Shown: positions 56,669 through 61,517 of the stretch, piece after piece
Numbering within the stretch: position 1 is the first letter of the stretch
Layout: every line of letters starts with the position of its first letter
Source of the DNA: a virus
Taxonomy: Duplodnaviria > Caudoviricetes
Strand: one strand, 5' to 3'
DNA: 61,517 bases
Virus record (IMG/VR): IMGVR_UViG_3300030389_004959
Location: 1-61,517 of that record
Made by a program: the position numbers and the translations under genes
The notes under the pieces: generated by a model
Database searches by the model: none
The model's input: the letters and a program-made list of their open reading frames with translations, nothing else
Told to the model about the DNA's origin: nothing

Positions 56669-56941
56669 TCATTCCCGTTCAATCTTGTACTTGAGCTTGC
56701 CCTCAGATGTGATCCAGAGTTGCATTGAGATGCCCTCGTGCTCTCGTGTGCGCTGAGCATATTTAACAAGGGTGTTGACAGATACCGGTTCACGGTCGCC
56801 CTTCAACGCATGCCAAAGATGTGAGTGAGAAACACCCAGCACTTGTCCCACTTGTCGAAACGAACCTCCGATTTCGTTGTACAAAGCTTGAAGCGCAGGG
56901 TTTGTGTCGATGATAAATTTGTCATCCTGTTCGGCGGGCAT
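56669..56941 (-). CDS. HTH DNA-binding protein
   Basis: SFRQVGQVLGVSHSHLWHALKG; AGGAGA RBS. Confidence 0.75.
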   Translation of the reverse strand: MPAEQDDKFIIDTNPALQALYNEIGGSFRQVGQVLGVSHSHLWHALKGDREPVSVNTLVKYAQRTREHEGISMQLWITSEGKLKYKIERE

Positions 56942-56965
56942 GTGTTGTCTCCTGTTGGTGTTGGC

Positions 56966-56994
56966 ATCGTAGTAAACGCCGCAATCTGTGTCAA
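56966..56994 (-). promoter_or_regulatory. Sigma70-type promoter for the replication operon
   Basis: TTGACA, 17 nt, TACGAT. Confidence 0.8.
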
Positions 56995-57080
56995 AAAATG
57001 TATCTACATTTAGAGGATGCTATTCGGCGTCGAATGCTATAGACTTTGATACAATAGTTTCAAACCAGCTTGGAGAAGCA

Positions 57081-57446
57081 ATGACACTCAAGGTAACGGG
57101 ATTTGAGTCTGCAGGTGCATCGTACAAAATCGTCAGTGATTCGGACTCAGACGAAAACCCTGAGTTGGACGTCACTGGGGCATCTGGAAAGATCTACTCA
57201 ATCGATATTAGCAACGGTGCGGGAACCAACACCTCCTACACAAAATTTAAGCTCACCTCTGGCACTGTGGCGGCCGGAACTACCGAGCCTGACATGATGC
57301 TGGTTGCTCCACCAAGCTCAGCAAAGCAGTACGTATTTCCTGCAGGTCTGGATTTTACTCAGTTGAGTTTTTGGACGACACGGAATCCTGCTACATCGGA
57401 TCAGACTGCTCCAAACACAACTATCGTTACCATTCTTTGTTCCTGA
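57081..57446 (+). CDS. Small beta-rich protein, paralog A2
   Basis: GGAGAA RBS; similar to 45650-46021. Confidence 0.75.
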   Translation: MTLKVTGFESAGASYKIVSDSDSDENPELDVTGASGKIYSIDISNGAGTNTSYTKFKLTSGTVAAGTTEPDMMLVAPPSSAKQYVFPAGLDFTQLSFWTTRNPATSDQTAPNTTIVTILCS

Positions 57447-57453
57447 GGTTCCC

Positions 57454-57822
57454 ATGGCAGTCACGACCAGCACAGCATCCAATCCACTCGTAGTCAACAT
57501 CGTCACGGACCTCGACTCTGATACCACAGTTGAAACTGCTGCAACTACCGCTCAGAATCTATTTTTTGTGGAAGTAACGAATCCAAACACAGTTGCGGTG
57601 TACACCAAGTTTTTTCAGGCATCGAGCAACTCGTCAATCTCAGGTCAGCACTACATTCAGTTGTACTGCCCCGCAAACACAACTTGCTACACATACATCC
57701 CGGTTTCGACTCCTATCTCAACGGGTCTCGAGTTCTACTCTTCAATCAACCCCGGAGCGTTGAACTCGCAAACAAATCCGACTGAAGATGTGATTGTAAA
57801 GATCGGTCTGACCGGACAATAG
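57454..57822 (+). CDS. Small beta-rich protein, paralog B2
   Basis: GAGG RBS; similar to 46028-46420. Confidence 0.75.
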   Translation: MAVTTSTASNPLVVNIVTDLDSDTTVETAATTAQNLFFVEVTNPNTVAVYTKFFQASSNSSISGQHYIQLYCPANTTCYTYIPVSTPISTGLEFYSSINPGALNSQTNPTEDVIVKIGLTGQ

Positions 57823-57823
57823 T

Positions 57824-58816
57824 TTAGTCTTTCGACTCCCCTGCGGTGTCACACATACCCCATCGGACGCATCCCATTTCTCCGGGGGGAGCTGCGAACA
57901 ACTCGAACTGTTTGCCACCCCATTTCGTTCGTGACCATTCGACCACTCGTTTGATGGGCCAAGTGTCCCCATTTCGTTTTCCCGTCTCTGGGTCGGGTCT
58001 ACTTGTCGGGTTCTGAAACCACGTCGGAGGATTCAGCCCCAGAGAATCAATCGATTCTCCTCGAGCTTCGTACCGTGCAATCGCCAACTGATGTACGTCT
58101 CGTTCAAGATCCGCGAGAAGTTCAATCCGCTCTGGAAAGTTTGCTGCCATCATTCGAATCTCGCTTTTGCGAGCAAACACGCAAGGGTAGCACCCTACCC
58201 GTTCAGAAGGATTTTTACCCAAGTACAACGGGTTGGGTCTGACCCCATACTTTTGATGAATCTCGATAACGTCTTCGACTTTCCATTTATGAATGGGTCG
58301 CCATACTTCACAGTCAAAAGTGTCCGACCACTCCCATTCGTCCATGGCGGCACGGGATGCAGACTCTTGTGCACGTATTCCAACGACGTTCAGCGGCTCA
58401 TCTTCCATGTTCTTGAGGTAGTCTCGAGCTGGGAACACTTTGACCGATTGGGTGCACCATCGACGGATTCGACTGGGAAACATGCCTTTGTGAATCACCC
58501 AGCGAACCATCGGAGAGTACCAGCCAAGACGTTTTTCATACTTTTGCGCCAAGGCCTCGAGCTCTGGCGTGGCCAACTCTTTCTTCGCCACCAGACGTTT
58601 GATTGGACCTACGACGTCAGGAAGGTAGTTCTCAACGTAATCGTAGGTATCAGGGTGCTCCCATCCTGTATCGAAGAAGATGGCCTCATAGTCGAGACCA
58701 AGCTCCTTCATATACAGACATGCAGCCGTGGAGTCCTTCCCTCCACTGACTGAAACCACAACAGTGCGGTCTCCGATTTTTTCTTTGACCTCTTCAATGT
58801 CGTGGTAGTCGATCAT
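57824..58816 (-). CDS. PAPS reductase family (PP-loop) protein
   Basis: VSVSGGKDSTA, FFDTGWEHPDTY, RWCT...K..P, GIRAQESASRA, RPIHKW, RVGCYPC. Confidence 0.9.
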   Translation of the reverse strand: MIDYHDIEEVKEKIGDRTVVVSVSGGKDSTAACLYMKELGLDYEAIFFDTGWEHPDTYDYVENYLPDVVGPIKRLVAKKELATPELEALAQKYEKRLGWYSPMVRWVIHKGMFPSRIRRWCTQSVKVFPARDYLKNMEDEPLNVVGIRAQESASRAAMDEWEWSDTFDCEVWRPIHKWKVEDVIEIHQKYGVRPNPLYLGKNPSERVGCYPCVFARKSEIRMMAANFPERIELLADLERDVHQLAIARYEARGESIDSLGLNPPTWFQNPTSRPDPETGKRNGDTWPIKRVVEWSRTKWGGKQFELFAAPPGEMGCVRWGMCDTAGESKD

Positions 58817-59205
58817 TAGAACGGAATCTCTTCACCCATGCCACCAACAGGAGGTCGTGGAGCAGGTTGTTCAATGTTTTGTTTGTCGGGACGACTCAAA
58901 AACTCCACACGATCGGCAACAATCTCCGTTGTTTTGCGTGGATTGCCTTGTTTGTCTTCGAATGAACGATTTTGAATCCGACCTTCGACAATAACCTTGG
59001 ACCCTTTGTCCAAAAACTTGCTGCAGTTGTCTGCTTGATTGCCAAACACGACAATCCGATGCCAATCAGTCTGATCGACCCACTCATCGCCTTTTTTTAC
59101 GCGATTATTCGTCGCAACACTGAAGTTACACACGCTTGTTCCGCTGTTTGCCTTGCGTAGGTCGGGCGCTTGGCCCAAGTTGCCACTGATAAAGACCCTA
59201 TTCAT
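58816..59205 (-). CDS. ssb: Single-stranded DNA-binding protein
   Basis: MNRVFISGNLGQAP, TDWHRIVVFG, KGSKVIVEGRI, C-terminal EEIPF. Confidence 0.96.
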   Translation of the reverse strand: MNRVFISGNLGQAPDLRKANSGTSVCNFSVATNNRVKKGDEWVDQTDWHRIVVFGNQADNCSKFLDKGSKVIVEGRIQNRSFEDKQGNPRKTTEIVADRVEFLSRPDKQNIEQPAPRPPVGGMGEEIPF

Positions 59206-59214
59206 AGTCTCTCC

Positions 59215-59493
59215 TTAGTTGGTGGGTGTTCTCTTGCTTGTTTGTTGTATCAACTCTGTTGGCGCGTGGCCAACAGATGATTCTCGAATCATTTCGCGCA
59301 CATCATCCAATAAAAGTTCTGCAGTCAGCTCACGGTGATGACATACGGTGCATTTTCGAAGCCTGATCACAAAATCCATCGTATACCAAGCAACAACGGC
59401 AGATCCTTTCTTTACTTCGGCGCCCTTACCGGGTTTGCATGGACTTCGTGTCCCTATCACCTTTGTTTTGCCGCCACATCGACTACAGACCAT
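59215..59493 (-). CDS. NrdR-like zinc-ribbon protein (no ATP cone)
   Basis: CSRCGGKTKVIGTR...IRLRKCTVCHHRELTAE. Confidence 0.65.
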   Translation of the reverse strand: MVCSRCGGKTKVIGTRSPCKPGKGAEVKKGSAVVAWYTMDFVIRLRKCTVCHHRELTAELLLDDVREMIRESSVGHAPTELIQQTSKRTPTN

Positions 59494-60916
59494 GCTCACA
59501 GACCTCTGCAATCGATTTCACCTTGCAACCAAGATCTGTGTAGAGTTTTTGACGCTTCTTATGCATGTTGTACAGCCACGGTGCGGCGTCCACCATGTCG
59601 ATTACGATCGGAAGTTTCTTGTTTGGAGCGTATCGCATGATTCGTCCGATGCGTTGTTGTATGCGTCCCATCGATTTGGTCGGCGTCGTCAGAATCAACG
59701 TATCGAGTCCGGGCAGATCCAGCCCTTCATCTGCAACTGACGTGGCGAACAATGCTTTAATTTGACGATCTTCAGCAGCCTTGAGCGTTTCACGACGTTG
59801 CTTTTTGGTCATCGCACCTACAAGTGTCGCAGAGGGGATGCCCGATTCTGCGCTGGTCTCAGCCAACTCAATGCAGTGCTTCACTCGGCCGGAAAGAACC
59901 AACACTTGGCGACCTTGTCCAACGTGACTGTGAATCAACTTCATGATCATCTCATTGCGATTTTCGTCTCCACACATCTGATTGATTTGACGACCCCAGT
60001 CAGAGTGAGGGAGAGGTTCCCAATAGGTTGGAAAGAACTTCACCATCGGCGAAAGAACGCGCCCCTCATCGATCAAATCTTTCGTTTGAATCTGCTTCAC
60101 AGCAGCTCCGAAGTGCCAGTACATGATGTCGCTGAGACCATCAGGTCGGTCTGGAGTGGCAGTCAACGCGAGTCGATAGCTCGCAGGCATCCCAAACATC
60201 ACAGCACTGAACGTGGTCGCAGGAACGTGGTGGGCCTCATCGACAATGCACAGACCAAACTGCTTTCCGAAGCTCAGCAAATCATCGAAGCGCATCCGTG
60301 CCAAGGTCTGAAAGCTTGCAACGACAATGTCCCCAGAGTCATCCTTCTTTCCATTCCCATAAAGTGTGACGTGCGGGGGTTTGATTCCGGTCCCCGACTT
60401 CAACTGGGCATTGATTCGCTCTGTCCACTGGCTCGCCAAGTCTGCTGTATGGACCAGCACGATTGTTTTGACGCCTTTGCACTTTGTAATCGCACCCAGA
60501 CCCATCATTGTCTTTCCCGCCCCACAGGGCGCCACGATGATGCCATTACGATGAGCTCTGATCCAACGATCCACAGCGTCGTTTTGATAATCCCGCAACG
60601 ATATTCCATCTGCGAACTCGTATGGCTGGATGTCATCCATCATCCCGGTCCGAAAAAGCATCTTCAGTTTGTAGGGAGACATGTCGATTCCTCTCGGAAT
60701 CATCAATCCTCCACCCCACGAATGCCAGAGCGGGATTGTCTGACATGCATGAATGTGCTTGGGCGGCATAGAAACGTACTTGTTCTTGGCATGCAAAGCC
60801 TGAGCCTGAGCAAAAGCAGGGTTCTTGCATTTGTATTTGTTCTTCAGCTCATCAATGTAGGGGCATCCCGGCTCAAGGAAGTACCCTCCACTTACTACGC
60901 AGCGGTGATCGTTCAT
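59483..60916 (-). CDS. SF2 DEAD/DEAH-box helicase (UvsW/XPB-like)
   Basis: LRDYQ, APCGAGKT, DEAHH, LTATPDRPDG, EGLDLP, QRIGRIMR; GAGGA RBS before ATG 60916. Confidence 0.95.
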   Translation of the reverse strand: MNDHRCVVSGGYFLEPGCPYIDELKNKYKCKNPAFAQAQALHAKNKYVSMPPKHIHACQTIPLWHSWGGGLMIPRGIDMSPYKLKMLFRTGMMDDIQPYEFADGISLRDYQNDAVDRWIRAHRNGIIVAPCGAGKTMMGLGAITKCKGVKTIVLVHTADLASQWTERINAQLKSGTGIKPPHVTLYGNGKKDDSGDIVVASFQTLARMRFDDLLSFGKQFGLCIVDEAHHVPATTFSAVMFGMPASYRLALTATPDRPDGLSDIMYWHFGAAVKQIQTKDLIDEGRVLSPMVKFFPTYWEPLPHSDWGRQINQMCGDENRNEMIMKLIHSHVGQGRQVLVLSGRVKHCIELAETSAESGIPSATLVGAMTKKQRRETLKAAEDRQIKALFATSVADEGLDLPGLDTLILTTPTKSMGRIQQRIGRIMRYAPNKKLPIVIDMVDAAPWLYNMHKKRQKLYTDLGCKVKSIAEVCEHGL

Positions 60917-60928
60917 GGTGTGTCCTCT

Positions 60929-61073
60929 TGAAATGAATCCCGTTGCCGCAATACTTCTACTCACACGGGATGGGTGAGGTAAGGATACTCCTCGGTCCTG
61001 CTCCCATGGTGACCGAGACTATCGAGTGGTCCGTTGCGACTGCCTTCACACTCGATACAACAATGAAATGAAT
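60929..61073 (-). ncRNA. Candidate structured leader / ncRNA: three hairpins between 10-bp direct repeats
   Basis: Stems at 61020-28/61049-57, 60991-97/61011-17 and 60937-43/60965-71; TGAAATGAAT at 60929 and 61064. Confidence 0.4.
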
Positions 61074-61074
61074 A

Positions 61075-61517
61075 CTATTTACTGATAGCCGAAATCACTT
61101 GATCGACATTGGAAACGTACAGAGCAAAGATCTCTTCGTCATTGTCCCACTCCAACATCCTCTTCTGACCATCAATCATCACAAACGTCATGGTCTTGTC
61201 GGAAAAGACGTCGAACTCTTCAACATCTTCAGTTCCGTTTGATTCATCTACAATCTTTACGAACGATCTAGATGACTCAGGCTCTGGCTCCGCTCCGTCG
61301 GTAAACCCCTCAGACATGTCAGGCCACGGAATATCATCGTCGATTTCGTCATCGATGTCCTTCTCTGACAGTCGCGGCAGCGTTGAGGCGATTTCAACTG
61401 GAATCTCTTCCTCGTCAGTGTCCGCTACCATCTCATGGCGCTTGCGAAGAAGAACATCCTCTGGATCAATCAATGGTGCCGAAGTCGTTCCGAACGTGAA
61501 GTCTGAGGTCGGGTGCC
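61075..61517 (-). CDS. Acidic hypothetical protein, C-terminal part (frame open to the window edge)
   Basis: No in-frame stop between 61473 and 61517; very D/E-rich. Confidence 0.7.
   Translation of the reverse strand, partial: HPTSDFTFGTTSAPLIDPEDVLLRKRHEMVADTDEEEIPVEIASTLPRLSEKDIDDEIDDDIPWPDMSEGFTDGAEPEPESSRSFVKIVDESNGTEDVEEFDVFSDKTMTFVMIDGQKRMLEWDNDEEIFALYVSNVDQVISAISK

Noticed and set aside
59762-60931. 389-aa plus-strand ORF over the helicase
   Set aside because: Shadow of the well-supported SF2 helicase
61500-61517. Possible circular join of the window ends (GCC at both ends; minus-strand partial ORFs at both ends)
   Set aside because: Only 3 nt match and the two partial ORFs are out of frame when joined; completeness cannot be claimed

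Overview
The window is most of a tailed dsDNA bacteriophage genome (Caudoviricetes, probably podovirus morphology: adaptor, nozzle and very large internal virion proteins, with no tape measure or sheath seen). GC is roughly 50% and there are no host housekeeping genes. Layout: (i) 1-1500, leftward small genes with sigma70-type promoters; (ii) a motif-dense non-coding switch at about 1500-1750; (iii) rightward genes: acidic ORF, RusA, a Met-rich protein, a run of tiny Lys-rich proteins and a 1793-aa polyvalent protein; (iv) packaging and structure: HNH, TerS?, TerL, portal, scaffold, MCP, adaptor, nozzle, ejection proteins up to about 2415 aa, tail fibre, beta-propeller; (v) an unusual lysis block; (vi) a mostly leftward recombination/replication arm: DUF2589 pair, RecT, YqaJ, Cro-like, VapE/VirE helicase, primase, PAPS-reductase-like, SSB, SF2 helicase. 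I saw no DNA polymerase, RNA polymerase, integrase, tRNA or CRISPR array. The best leads are: a two-gene DUF2589 cassette with a beta-pore-forming-type hairpin; a peptide tag shared among the small basic proteins and resembling the scaffold C-terminus; four paralogous beta-rich proteins split into two distant pairs; near-complete CCWGG avoidance with one exception in the fibre tip; and a three-hairpin leader flanked by 10-bp direct repeats ahead of the helicase. All family calls come from motif recognition by eye; no searches were run.
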